Shown: positions 8,006 to 17,410, counted from the first letter of the stretch. The stretch: DNA of 38,172 bases from an uncultured bacterium (GCA_964619725.1 CAZUFC010000052.1:16301-54472), one strand, 5' to 3'. Translations and numbers: made by a program. Notes: generated by a model not told the origin, from the sequence alone.

Positions 8006-10051
8006 ATGAAGCCTATAATAGGATTAGACATCGGTACAAGCAAAATCAGTGCAGCAGTATACCGGAACGGACGACTCAAGGTTATTCCAGATGAGGGAGG
8101 AGAAAACTCTTTTCCTATGGCGGCCGCCTTTGAGAAAAACGGACGGTTCGTCCTGGGCAACAAGGCTAAAAAGCAGCTTTTGATGAATGCTGAATACTCC
8201 ATCGTCAATTTTCTCCGTTTTTTAGCCCTGGACGAGAAAAAATTGAATGCCTGCGCCCATGAAAGGCTAATTAATTACAAACTTAGATACAATCCTGATG
8301 AAAATCGCGTGGAAGCTGCCGGAGCGGAAAAGAAATGGGTGGCTCTGACATATCTGATGGAGCGTTTGTTGGAAGAAGTTTATAAAAAAATTGAAAATGA
8401 CGTCGGCGAATATGAAGGAGAAGCAGTTTTATCCATTCCGGCAGGAATAGATTTCAACAAGAAGATATTGATCAAGGAGTGTGCGGAGAAGGCAGGGTTT
8501 AAAATAGTAGAGTATATTGAGAGTCCGTATGCTGCGGGGCTGGCGTATTGTCATAATAAACCCGAACCGCAGACGATCATCGTTTTTGATATGGGTGCGG
8601 GCAATACTAGCGTAGGCAGTTTTTCTCTGGAGAAGGGAAATGCGGTGGAGTTTATTGCAGCGGCCGGCAATGATGCATTGGGCGGTGATGACATTGACGA
8701 TTATGTCATAAAGTGGATGCTGGACAATATCAAGGAATACAAAGAAGAGCCGGGAGGATTGCCGGCTGATGCTTTACTGCGAATGCGGGAGGCAGCGGAA
8801 GAAACTAAGAGGGAGCTGTCATCAGTAAATAAAGCGGAGATAAATCTTCCTTATCTTTTTCCCGTAAAGAAGCATTTCTTGCATTTTCAGAAGTCATTAA
8901 CCAAACTTGATTTTGAATTACTGATAAAGAAACTGACAGCCGAGGCTTTGAAGACGATACAACGAGGATTAGGCGAAGGGCAGCTCATCAAGAAGGACAT
9001 TGAGACTGTGTTAATGACGGGCGGACAGAGTCGGATGCCGGTTCTGCAGGCGAGCATCGAGAATTTTTTCAAGAAGCAGCCTTATACGGGCGGAACCGCG
9101 AAAGAAATGTCAGCCATGGGAGCGGCGTTATTGGGTTTTAATATAGCATCGGGAGGGCAGGCGTTGAAGGTCAAACGCCGTTCGACGATTCTTCTGGACC
9201 GATTGCCTCCGGGCTTTATGATCAGTGATCGTTACCAGGTACTGTTTAAAATAGGCGGCGGCGGTTTCGGATATGTTTATAAGGTACGAGAGAAAAAAAC
9301 AGGAAAGGTTTTTGCTTTAAAGATACTCAAACCTGAGTATGAACGAGATGAAACGACACGCGAGAGGTTCCTGGAATCCGGGCGACGTACGCTGGGTTTT
9401 TCGCATCCGAACATCGTAACCACTGTAGATGTGATCTCTGAAGGCGCAATTGCGGGAATTCTCATGAAATATATTGAAGGAATCAGTCTCGAAAAATTCG
9501 TTGAAAAAGGGCATTTTGATGAGATGCCGCTGTATCGCCGTCTGGATATGCTCATAAGTGTTTTACGAGCGTTAATAGTTCTGAGAAACAGAAACATTTT
9601 TCACGGCGATCTGAAGCCTGAAAACGTGTTCGTCAATCATGAGCATGTGCCCATGCTGTTTGATTTCGAGCTTTTCCGCTTGAAATCGGAAAACGACGGT
9701 CAACGGATACAGGTTACCGGAACGCCTCGATATATGGCTCCCGAACACATTTCAGGAGAGAATGTTTTTGGCGAATGGAGCGAGATATATTCTCTGGGGT
9801 TAATCATGTACCGATTGTTTGCCGGTCGGTTTCCGAAAAAAGCGGACAACCCGAAAAAGGATTATCTGATCTTCGACTTCGGCTTTTCAAAAGCGGAAGA
9901 CCCGCAGAACGTTAATCCGTCCATTCCTGACGAGCTGGCAGGCATCATAAAAAAGAGCATACGTCGCAAACGCGACCAGCGTTTTCAGACTTTTGAGGAA
10001 CTGATGGAAGCGCTGGAGGCTCTGCAGAAGGATACAGCCATACAGGATTGA
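8006..10051 (+). CDS. Hsp70/DnaK-like nucleotide-binding domain fused to a Hanks-type Ser/Thr protein kinase
   Basis: N-terminal IIGLDIGTS, VFDMGAG, LGGDDID, AEETKRELS and TGGQSRMP (Hsp70 NBD). C-terminal IGGGGFGYVY, FALK, HGDLKPEN, DFE and GTPRYMAPE (kinase). There is no Hsp70 substrate-binding domain. Confidence 0.9.
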   Translation: MKPIIGLDIGTSKISAAVYRNGRLKVIPDEGGENSFPMAAAFEKNGRFVLGNKAKKQLLMNAEYSIVNFLRFLALDEKKLNACAHERLINYKLRYNPDENRVEAAGAEKKWVALTYLMERLLEEVYKKIENDVGEYEGEAVLSIPAGIDFNKKILIKECAEKAGFKIVEYIESPYAAGLAYCHNKPEPQTIIVFDMGAGNTSVGSFSLEKGNAVEFIAAAGNDALGGDDIDDYVIKWMLDNIKEYKEEPGGLPADALLRMREAAEETKRELSSVNKAEINLPYLFPVKKHFLHFQKSLTKLDFELLIKKLTAEALKTIQRGLGEGQLIKKDIETVLMTGGQSRMPVLQASIENFFKKQPYTGGTAKEMSAMGAALLGFNIASGGQALKVKRRSTILLDRLPPGFMISDRYQVLFKIGGGGFGYVYKVREKKTGKVFALKILKPEYERDETTRERFLESGRRTLGFSHPNIVTTVDVISEGAIAGILMKYIEGISLEKFVEKGHFDEMPLYRRLDMLISVLRALIVLRNRNIFHGDLKPENVFVNHEHVPMLFDFELFRLKSENDGQRIQVTGTPRYMAPEHISGENVFGEWSEIYSLGLIMYRLFAGRFPKKADNPKKDYLIFDFGFSKAEDPQNVNPSIPDELAGIIKKSIRRKRDQRFQTFEELMEALEALQKDTAIQD

Positions 10052-10145
10052 TTAACAAAGGCTTAAATACAATGAACCCTGCAATATTCTCTTCATCGTT
10101 AACTCGTTTTGTCTTTTGAGGATTAATGCAGCCAGGTTATAAACC

Positions 10146-11906
10146 ATGATAGATTTACGAACAATATTAATCGCTTTTGACGGTTCGGAAGACTCATTAA
10201 ACGCTTTAAGATACGCTGAACAGATGAAGCGGATATTCGAAGCGCGACTGATACTGTTGCACGTTTTGCCGAGGTCTGCGGCGAAATCTGGAAGTGGCGG
10301 CGCTTCGAAGGCAGGATGCTGGAAAACGCTTGTAGATGAGCTGCCTTCTGAAATAGGGCGTCTGTTAGAAGAATACGATCCGCTGCCGGATACGTCGCTA
10401 TATTTGCAATACGGCGCAGCGACTCAAAAAATCATCGAAACCGCCGAGGAAGTCTCTGCCGATATGATCGTGATGGGGTCTGTAGGAAAAGGTTTAAAAG
10501 AGGCTATTGTGGGGGGGACGGCGCGTCGAGTGATCGAAGGAGTGGCCTGTTGGGTATTATGCGTACCTAAGGCTAATATGACGACCTGGAAACCTGTTCT
10601 TCCGGATCAACTGGTTCTGGCTACGACGTTTCCCAGGGCCTTTCAGAAACTTTTCTTGAGGTTGATCAACGTCAGCCGGCGGTTAAAAGCAGGTTTGAAT
10701 CTTTTGTATGTTCGAGAAGAAGGAGATTCCGACAAACCTGAAGTCATCCATCCCGGATATGTGCCTGTGGATATAACCGGCATGACGAGAAGCGCTGTCC
10801 GCTACAGGATAAGGAAATATGTAGAGCATCTCGTGCCATGCGGAAACAGAAAAATGCCCCGTATATTCATAAAGAAAGGTTCGGAAACTAAAGAGATTCT
10901 TAATTGCCTGCATACTCAAAATCGTCTGATCGTACTGGGCAGCAGGCACATTGCCGGCTGGAGAATATTGTTGCCCGGAGGAGTAATAAAAAACGTTCTA
11001 AGGAATACTGATGTGCCTGTTTTGATCGTGAGGGGCGCTGATAAACTGGAAAAAGTGGAAAATAAATTCAAATCAGTTTCTGAAAAAATATCGGACCTTT
11101 CATTACAGAAAACAGGAGCGCTTCAAAATGAAGAGTCCCCGCTCTCTGAACCTCTTGGCCGTAAGGAACCGGCGGACAAGTTCTTTATGGGCTACTACGG
11201 CGAAAAAGGTTTACGCGAAGCCTTGACTCGATACGGTATTTTTCAGCTCATTGAAAAAAAAGGATATCACGATTTCGTCATGCGATTGAACTGCAGCGAC
11301 CCTTATCGCCAGAGGCTTAGAGTCTACAGCGACGGAAAATATGACGAAGAGAAGCTTCTGTTAGACCTGGTTTTGAAGCCCGGCGTTTTGACTGATCGAG
11401 ATGATTTGCCTGACTCGCTCCCGCAAAAAGTAATTCAATACGTTCAAATCGAATGGCTTTTGACGCGTGACCATGCGCAGCTCTGCAGGAGCCCGCAAAA
11501 CCTCCTGCCGGGCCAGAACGTGGGCGGACTGGGTATCGGAAAAGAAATATTCGTGCTTCTCATGATTATGGCCGAAAGGCTGGAAAAGGATGCGCTCATA
11601 GCCGTACCCGATCATTTCCACAATGCGATACTTTTCGGTTCCCGATTCAAGTTTCTGCACCCGAAATATGAAGCCTGGGTTCAGGCCCTTAAAAGAGATA
11701 CGGCAGGCTATACCCTTCATGAACTGGCATGGCTGCTTGAAAACGCAAAAGTGATCGATGACGTGACGAAAAAAGTCTTTCAATGGCAGGGGAAGACTCA
11801 GATTCTTCCCATCTCTCAACCACTGAAAAAATATTACAATTCTTTTGAATACTTCACGGAACTCAATGAATATTTGAAAAATTACTGCTTTAAAATCGTC
11901 GATTGA
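10146..11906 (+). CDS. Tandem universal stress protein (USP-USP) fused to an uncharacterised ~240-aa C-terminal domain
   Basis: USP1: ILIAFDGSEDSLNAL...ADMIVMGSVG...GGTARRVI...VLCVP. USP2: LIVLGSR...NVLRNTDVPVLIV. C-terminal domain with IEWL, LLPGQ..GGLG and PDHFHNA. Confidence 0.85.
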   Translation: MIDLRTILIAFDGSEDSLNALRYAEQMKRIFEARLILLHVLPRSAAKSGSGGASKAGCWKTLVDELPSEIGRLLEEYDPLPDTSLYLQYGAATQKIIETAEEVSADMIVMGSVGKGLKEAIVGGTARRVIEGVACWVLCVPKANMTTWKPVLPDQLVLATTFPRAFQKLFLRLINVSRRLKAGLNLLYVREEGDSDKPEVIHPGYVPVDITGMTRSAVRYRIRKYVEHLVPCGNRKMPRIFIKKGSETKEILNCLHTQNRLIVLGSRHIAGWRILLPGGVIKNVLRNTDVPVLIVRGADKLEKVENKFKSVSEKISDLSLQKTGALQNEESPLSEPLGRKEPADKFFMGYYGEKGLREALTRYGIFQLIEKKGYHDFVMRLNCSDPYRQRLRVYSDGKYDEEKLLLDLVLKPGVLTDRDDLPDSLPQKVIQYVQIEWLLTRDHAQLCRSPQNLLPGQNVGGLGIGKEIFVLLMIMAERLEKDALIAVPDHFHNAILFGSRFKFLHPKYEAWVQALKRDTAGYTLHELAWLLENAKVIDDVTKKVFQWQGKTQILPISQPLKKYYNSFEYFTELNEYLKNYCFKIVD

Positions 11907-12005
11907 AAATACAAAAAACTTTTGGCAATGATCAAAATAACCAGGCTATTATTATCCGGGACCCGGCAGCGCTGAACGCCAATCAAATGAAATAGGGGGA
12001 ATATC

Positions 12006-12596
12006 ATGAAAAACGACGAGTACAAACGATACAACATCAGAACTCCCTGGTTGAGGAGGAAAAACGGGTCGCTGCTCGTGATCGATATGCAGGAATACTT
12101 CAGGGGCATAGCCGACAAAATTATTCCTAATACGATCAATTTGATCCGGGCGGCAACAGACGCCTCAATGCCGGTGATATTTACTCAGCACGGACACGCT
12201 GATGCCTCGACAGACGGCGGAACCCTGGGAAAATGGTGGGGCGGTCTCATTATGGAAAATACTCCGGATTGGGAGCTGCTCCCCGAATTGAATGTAACTG
12301 AAAATGCCCTGGTCTTCAGGAAAAAAAGATACAGCGCTTTTTGGGGAAATAACCTGGAAAAGGAACTGAAAGAGAGAAATGTCGAAGATTTGATAATAAC
12401 CGGCGTGATGACGAATTTGTGCTGCGAAACCACAGCCAGGGACGCCTTCAACCGGGACTTCCAGATATTTTTTGTAAGCGATGCCACGGCCACGGCGGAC
12501 GACACTTTGCATCAGGCGACGCTCTGTAATATCGCCTATGGTTTCGGACATATTGTAGACACGAATGAGACCCTGGATTTGATTAAAGGGGGATAG
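12006..12596 (+). CDS. Isochorismatase-family cysteine hydrolase
   Basis: LLVIDMQEYF, KKRYSAF and GVMTNLCCETTARDAF give the Asp-Lys-Cys triad. Preceded by AGGGGGA. Confidence 0.93.
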   Translation: MKNDEYKRYNIRTPWLRRKNGSLLVIDMQEYFRGIADKIIPNTINLIRAATDASMPVIFTQHGHADASTDGGTLGKWWGGLIMENTPDWELLPELNVTENALVFRKKRYSAFWGNNLEKELKERNVEDLIITGVMTNLCCETTARDAFNRDFQIFFVSDATATADDTLHQATLCNIAYGFGHIVDTNETLDLIKGG

Positions 12597-12678
12597 GGAC
12601 CTCACGCCCGGCCCTTTCCTTCGCAGGAGAGGAAAAGCAGGCGGGTGATGTGCGACGGAACAGGATATAATTCTTCTC

Positions 12679-12707
12679 TTGCAATTCATGCAAAAAAGGT
12701 ATATGTT
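12679..12707 (+). promoter_or_regulatory. Putative sigma70 promoter for cpaB-cpaC
   Basis: TTGCAA-17 bp-TATGTT upstream of 12790. Confidence 0.35.
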
Positions 12708-12789
12708 CTATCGAACACTCTGATGGACTCATACCGGCGGTTCGTGGTGACGAAGCTTTTTAAGCCGTCGATGAGGGGAGGGAGCGGCG

Positions 12790-13719
12790 ATGAAGCAAAA
12801 GGGCATATTGATATTGGCGCTTGCATTGGGCGTCATTGCAGTCATACTTGTACAGGTATACATTCGAGACATTGAGAAGAAGCACGAGGTTGAGGATACG
12901 GTATCGGTTCTGGTTGCGGCGAAGAACATACCGGCCGGAACAGCGGTGACAGGGACGCAGATAACGACGGAGAAGGTGCCTCGCCAGTTTTTAAATCCCA
13001 ATGCGGTATTGCCGAAGGAGCTGGAATTGATATTGAATCAGACGACGTCTATTGATCTTCAGAAGGGTCAACAGATATTATGGACGGATTTCGTTTCTGA
13101 AAAGGAGACGGGACTGGCGACGGTGATAAAGGAAGGCGAACGGGCGTTGACTTTGGACGTGAACGATCGTACGGGAGTATCCGGATTATTGAAGCCGAAC
13201 GATCACGTGGACATAATCGGAACTTTCCAGGTTCCGAAAGAGGTAAAGATAGACGCCGGCGATCTGAGAAAATTTCAAGGCGACTTTTCTTATCAATTTG
13301 AGCAGGTGACGGTAACTTTGCTTCAAAACGTGACGGTGCTGGCGGTGGGAAAGTATATAGGTACGGAAGATTTCGGTCCGGGAGCGATGTTTCCTGCCGC
13401 ATCGGGAATGAGAGGTTCATTAGGCATGGACGCGGCAGCTCAAACCGCGGCCAAACGTCTGCAGGACAAAATGTCGTATCGAACAGTCACTGTGCTGGTT
13501 ACGCCGTTAGAGGCCGAATTGCTCGTGCATGCCATGCTTACGGGAGAAATTACTCTTGCTCTTCGTAATCCTGAGGACCTGATGACCGAACTCAAACTGC
13601 CCAACATCAAGTTCACTGACGTAGTGAAGTCCGAATTTGTGGAAGAGATTCAGCAGAAGAGGACTGAGCGAACCATTGAGATTTACAAGGGTCCGGGTCA
13701 AAAGAAGAGAAGAAGATAA
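12790..13719 (+). CDS. cpaB: Flp/Tad pilus assembly protein CpaB (RcpC)
   Basis: N-terminal TM helix, SAF domain (VLVAAKNIPAGT), GERALTLDV...GVSGLLKPNDHVDII, LLQNVTVLAV, VTVLVTPLEAELL and ITLALRNPED. Confidence 0.93.
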   Translation: MKQKGILILALALGVIAVILVQVYIRDIEKKHEVEDTVSVLVAAKNIPAGTAVTGTQITTEKVPRQFLNPNAVLPKELELILNQTTSIDLQKGQQILWTDFVSEKETGLATVIKEGERALTLDVNDRTGVSGLLKPNDHVDIIGTFQVPKEVKIDAGDLRKFQGDFSYQFEQVTVTLLQNVTVLAVGKYIGTEDFGPGAMFPAASGMRGSLGMDAAAQTAAKRLQDKMSYRTVTVLVTPLEAELLVHAMLTGEITLALRNPEDLMTELKLPNIKFTDVVKSEFVEEIQQKRTERTIEIYKGPGQKKRRR

Positions 13720-13795
13720 GTCATTATTTCATGAAGAAGCTTACAGGCGAATGAACAGAGGATTAATAAACTATTTTCGTCGGGAGGTTAAAGAC

Positions 13796-15103
13796 ATGGT
13801 TGGAAAGGGGACTTCTGTGAGAAGAACTGCATTAACAGCGACGGCCATAGCCGTCATGGGAATCGTTTTCTGCTGTTTTACGGCATCGGCGCAGGAAATG
13901 ATCACTCTGATAGTCGGCGAACAGCAGACTCTTGATGCCCGCGACACAGTAAGAGTAGCCGTAGGCGACCCCAACATAGCGGACGTGAAAGTGATAGCCG
14001 GGGGCCGGGAATTGCTTATAACGGGAATCAGTTCCGGGACCACCACCCTAACTATGTGGAACAATCGCAACGAGAAGACCACGTTGCAGATAAAAGTCAT
14101 CGCCAGGGACCCCAAGGAAGTGGCCCGTGAAGTTAGAGAACTGCTGGGCGACGTGGAAGGCATCTCGATCGTGGTAGTGGGGGAAAAGGTCGTTCTGGAC
14201 GGAGAAGTCTTCAGACAGAAGGACTTGGACAGGGCTGACAAAGTCGTTCAGATGTATGAACCCCAGTTGGTTTCTCTGTTGGAATACAACAAGGCTTATC
14301 TTGAAATGAAAAGAATGATCCAGGTGGAATTCAAGTTTTATGAAATTGATAAGAACAAAGCCACCCGTTTCGGCATCAATATGTCCGACCTTCTGAATCC
14401 TCAATCTCCTCTGATCAGCGCTCAGTATTCCATCAATTCCCAGTCCAATGAAATGACCGACAATTTGAATTCCGACAACAACATGGATACCGAAACCGAC
14501 ACAACCAGTCTGAACGTAAGCGTAACCAATGACTTCAATCCTCTCAGGATCGACTCGGAAGACGATAAAATAAGGCTGATGGAGGAACATCAGGCTGTGA
14601 CCAGAAGCGGCGAAAAGGTTTATTTCGTAGCGGGCGGCGAAGTGCCTATCGCGGTAGAGGGTACGGCCGGCTCTGCAGGTTATGTGGAATGGAAACAATA
14701 CGGGACCATAATCAATGCACAACCTGAAATTGACCGGATCAACAATATAATCCTGACTATTTCAGTCGAATCCAGTCAGTTGGATTGGGCTAATGCGGTC
14801 AGCGGATATCCGGCCATTAAATTGAACCGCAGCGACACTGTGGTCAATATGAAATCAGGACAAACCCTGTTGATGGGCGGAGTCTTCAGTACGGGTTCTT
14901 CAAGAAAATCAGACGGCATACCCGGTTTCAGCAAGATTCCTCTTCTCGGTTTCCTTTTCGGCGCCAAAGAATATACGAAAAACAGGCATGACGGCGTTCT
15001 GTTCATCACCCCCAGCATAATCAATCCCGTGGATCAACCCGGACAGAACCCCAGAATTCAGGCCGTCATCGACAGATTCGAAGAAAAGGACCTGATGCTC
15101 TGA
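13796..15103 (+). CDS. cpaC: Flp/Tad pilus secretin CpaC (RcpA)
   Basis: Signal peptide, RVAVGDPNIADV...GTTTLTMW N-domain, and secretin domain (FVAGGEVPI, GQTLLMGG, IPGFSKIPLLGFLFG, LFITPSII). ATG 13796 follows GGGAGG. Confidence 0.92.
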   Translation: MVGKGTSVRRTALTATAIAVMGIVFCCFTASAQEMITLIVGEQQTLDARDTVRVAVGDPNIADVKVIAGGRELLITGISSGTTTLTMWNNRNEKTTLQIKVIARDPKEVAREVRELLGDVEGISIVVVGEKVVLDGEVFRQKDLDRADKVVQMYEPQLVSLLEYNKAYLEMKRMIQVEFKFYEIDKNKATRFGINMSDLLNPQSPLISAQYSINSQSNEMTDNLNSDNNMDTETDTTSLNVSVTNDFNPLRIDSEDDKIRLMEEHQAVTRSGEKVYFVAGGEVPIAVEGTAGSAGYVEWKQYGTIINAQPEIDRINNIILTISVESSQLDWANAVSGYPAIKLNRSDTVVNMKSGQTLLMGGVFSTGSSRKSDGIPGFSKIPLLGFLFGAKEYTKNRHDGVLFITPSIINPVDQPGQNPRIQAVIDRFEEKDLML

Positions 15104-15174
15104 CATCAGAACCGGAATTTTCAGTCAAACAGTTGAATCGGACATAAGAACCGAGGGTCGGACAGGCGTCCCTG

Positions 15175-15603
15175 GTGATGAAGAATAATCACATTTTGTC
15201 GCTTGCACTGGAGATTATTCTTGGTTATTTTCCGAAAGCACAAGCTGTTTATGTTTTCGGTTCTTACGGCGCCGAAGCCCAGCATGCGGAGAGCGATCTT
15301 GATGTCGCCGTCCTGTTGAATCCGATTGCCGTAAAAAAAATCGATCCTCGGAAATGGATTGATATTTCTTTGAAAATTGTGAAGGCGACCGGGATCGAAA
15401 AAGTTGATCTCATTAATCTGCGACAAGCTTCCACGGTTTTTAAGAAAGAAGTGATTCAGACAGGACGTCGAATCTACTGTGCTGATGAATACGCTGCAGA
15501 AGAATTCGAAATGATAACGGCATCGCTTTACCAGAAATTGAATGAAGAACGACGGGAAATATTGCAGGCTTTTTATGAGTCGGGCAAAGCTTACGACGTA
15601 TGA
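15175..15603 (+). CDS. mntA: MntA-type minimal nucleotidyltransferase antitoxin
   Basis: GS-X10-DXD motif (GSYGAEAQHAESDLD) and VDLINL. Overlaps the downstream HEPN gene by 4 bp (ATGA). Confidence 0.9.
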   Translation: MMKNNHILSLALEIILGYFPKAQAVYVFGSYGAEAQHAESDLDVAVLLNPIAVKKIDPRKWIDISLKIVKATGIEKVDLINLRQASTVFKKEVIQTGRRIYCADEYAAEEFEMITASLYQKLNEERREILQAFYESGKAYDV

Positions 15604-16025
15604 ACGATATCATTGTCAACAAAATTCAGAGCATACAACGATGCGTCAAACGCGCTCGCGAGGAATACAAAGCTGCAGGTAAAAATTTCCGGGAAGACGA
15701 TACGAGACAGGATGCCGCCATTTTGAACGTTGTTCGAGCTTGCGAACAGGCCATCGATCTTGCCAATCACATCATCAGAATGCTGAAGGCAGGCATTCCG
15801 AATGAGAGCAAGGAAGCATTTTCACGTATCGCAGAAGGAGGAGTCATAACGCCTGAACTTTCTGGAAAGCTAGAAAAAATGACCGGCTTTCGAAATATTA
15901 TAGTCCACTCTTATCAAGATACAGACATCAATATCGTCATTTCAGTCATTGAGAAAGATATGTCTGATCTGATCGAATTTACTGAGGCGGTTAAAACTTA
16001 TTATTTCGGGAAAAATTCTGACTGA
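15600..16025 (+). CDS. hepT: HepT-like HEPN ribonuclease toxin (DUF86)
   Basis: R-X4-H-X-Y motif (RNIIVHSY) and ACEQAIDLANH; translationally coupled to the MNT gene. Confidence 0.9.
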   Translation: MNDIIVNKIQSIQRCVKRAREEYKAAGKNFREDDTRQDAAILNVVRACEQAIDLANHIIRMLKAGIPNESKEAFSRIAEGGVITPELSGKLEKMTGFRNIIVHSYQDTDINIVISVIEKDMSDLIEFTEAVKTYYFGKNSD

Positions 16026-16038
16026 GGCCTGCGCGCTG

Positions 16039-16590
16039 TTAATCCTGACCCAATTTTTTTTGCGCTTCTTTTTTGTATTTCCGGCCGATTTCAGAGTCGG
16101 GATTTATCTTAAGAAGTTCTTCGGAATAATGAATGACATATTCCGGCATCTCCTTAAGGTCAAAATATTCTATCAGTTTCTGCAGCGGTTCTTCTTCACG
16201 GGGTTCATTTTTCATCCACGTTGAAGCGAAGTGAACGGCTGAATCATAATCGCCCTTTTTTTCGTAAAATTCCATCAATTTTTTGATCGTCTTGACGCTT
16301 TCCGGGTTCTGCTGATGCTCCTGTTTCAGCTCATTCAGGTATTCCAAATCCGATTGAGTCATCTCCGTCTTTTCATTTTTTGCCGGTTTTTCATGCTCAG
16401 TTTTCGGTTCCGTTTCGGCAGGCGGCAGTTTTTCCTGTTCATTCTGATGTTCGCTTTTATTTTCAGATTCAGTGACTGCTGCGGGTTTATCTTCTTGTGG
16501 TCCGCTGCAGGCGAATAAGATCAGCAGGACCGATGCCGCGACGCAAGTTATAACCGCGCTTTTCAATAAGAGTTTTCTTTTTCGATTCAT
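16039..16590 (-). CDS. Lipoprotein with low-complexity linker and TPR-like helical repeats
   Basis: MNRKRK, a hydrophobic stretch and an LFAC lipobox, then a charged linker and TPR-like helices (YEKKGDYDSAVHF..., LLKINPDS). An alternative start is at 16596. Confidence 0.7.
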   Translation of the reverse strand: MNRKRKLLLKSAVITCVAASVLLILFACSGPQEDKPAAVTESENKSEHQNEQEKLPPAETEPKTEHEKPAKNEKTEMTQSDLEYLNELKQEHQQNPESVKTIKKLMEFYEKKGDYDSAVHFASTWMKNEPREEEPLQKLIEYFDLKEMPEYVIHYSEELLKINPDSEIGRKYKKEAQKKLGQD

Positions 16591-17078
16591 ATCCATCTCT
16601 CCCTTCAACTGAATAAGGCTGAACAGCTCAGGCCCGCTTTCGGAAATTTGGGGAAATAAACCGCGGACCCCGCTTTCAATATGTTTAGAATAACTGCCCT
16701 GCAATTAAACGGCAGACCAAAGAAACGAGTTGCTGCATAAGCGTAACCGAATAAGATTTTCAAAAATCAAAGAAATATTTGCGAAGGAGCTGCATTCGAC
16801 TATCGACTATGGCTTCGGCAGTATTGATTCCACACTCGCCCAACTCCGCTCCTTACGTCCTTATTATGAATTTACTGAACTGCAATGTCAAACAAACTCG
16901 GTCATTTCAGGCGAATAAACCCGGGAACGGAATCCAATTTACCTCACGATTATACTTTCGAAGGTTTCACAGCCAGGCCGCTAAAGAAGTTTCATTTCCG
17001 GGGACTGATCAAATGGGGATTAAAACTCTTGCGAATCGCTTCTTCTCTTATTCGTAATAATCCTGGACAGTCACTGCG

Positions 17079-17222
17079 GTTTTTGATCCATAAACGAGCG
17101 AATTTTTCTTAAGATGAGGATGGTAATGATTTGCGAGGCAGGGGCGGCGCTTATACTTTGACTGAGCAAATCCGAAGACTGACGCAGTATTGGGGCAAAA
17201 TTCGCCGTTTATGGACAAAAAC
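17079..17222. mobile_element. 144-bp palindromic non-autonomous (MITE-like) element, copy A
   Basis: Terminal inverted repeats gtttttgatccataaacgagcgaattt / aaattcgccgtttatggacaaaaac. A second copy of the same length is at 36127..36270. Confidence 0.75.
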
Positions 17223-17381
17223 GAGTTAGTGGACAGTCACTGGCTATTACGCGGTTGAGGAATCTCTGCAAGCGTTTCCAAGAATCCGGCTGTTTTAATC
17301 ATCGCTCATTTTTTGCATCCTTGCCGCTCCTCAACGCACTTTGCCAGAAACAAAAGGCGGATTCGGCATATTGTTTGATTC

Positions 17382-17410
17382 TTGACAGTTTTGCTCTGGA
17401 AATATAGAAT
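17382..17410 (+). promoter_or_regulatory. Sigma70 promoter of the pentapeptide-repeat gene
   Basis: TTGACA-17 bp-TAGAAT, followed by a GGAGGT SD and a TTG start at 17456. Confidence 0.7.

Noticed and set aside
12600-12650. Imperfect hairpin after the isochorismatase gene
   Set aside because: It could be a degenerate REP or terminator, but pairing is weak and there is no second copy in the window.
16730-17112. Three short overlapping plus-strand ORFs
   Set aside because: No motifs or SD; the region looks like decayed repeat or intergenic DNA.
17164-17190. GCAAA...GACGCA resemblance to a c-di-GMP-I riboswitch
   Set aside because: No P2 stem with a GNRA loop can form, and the second copy changes the motif (GACGTA).
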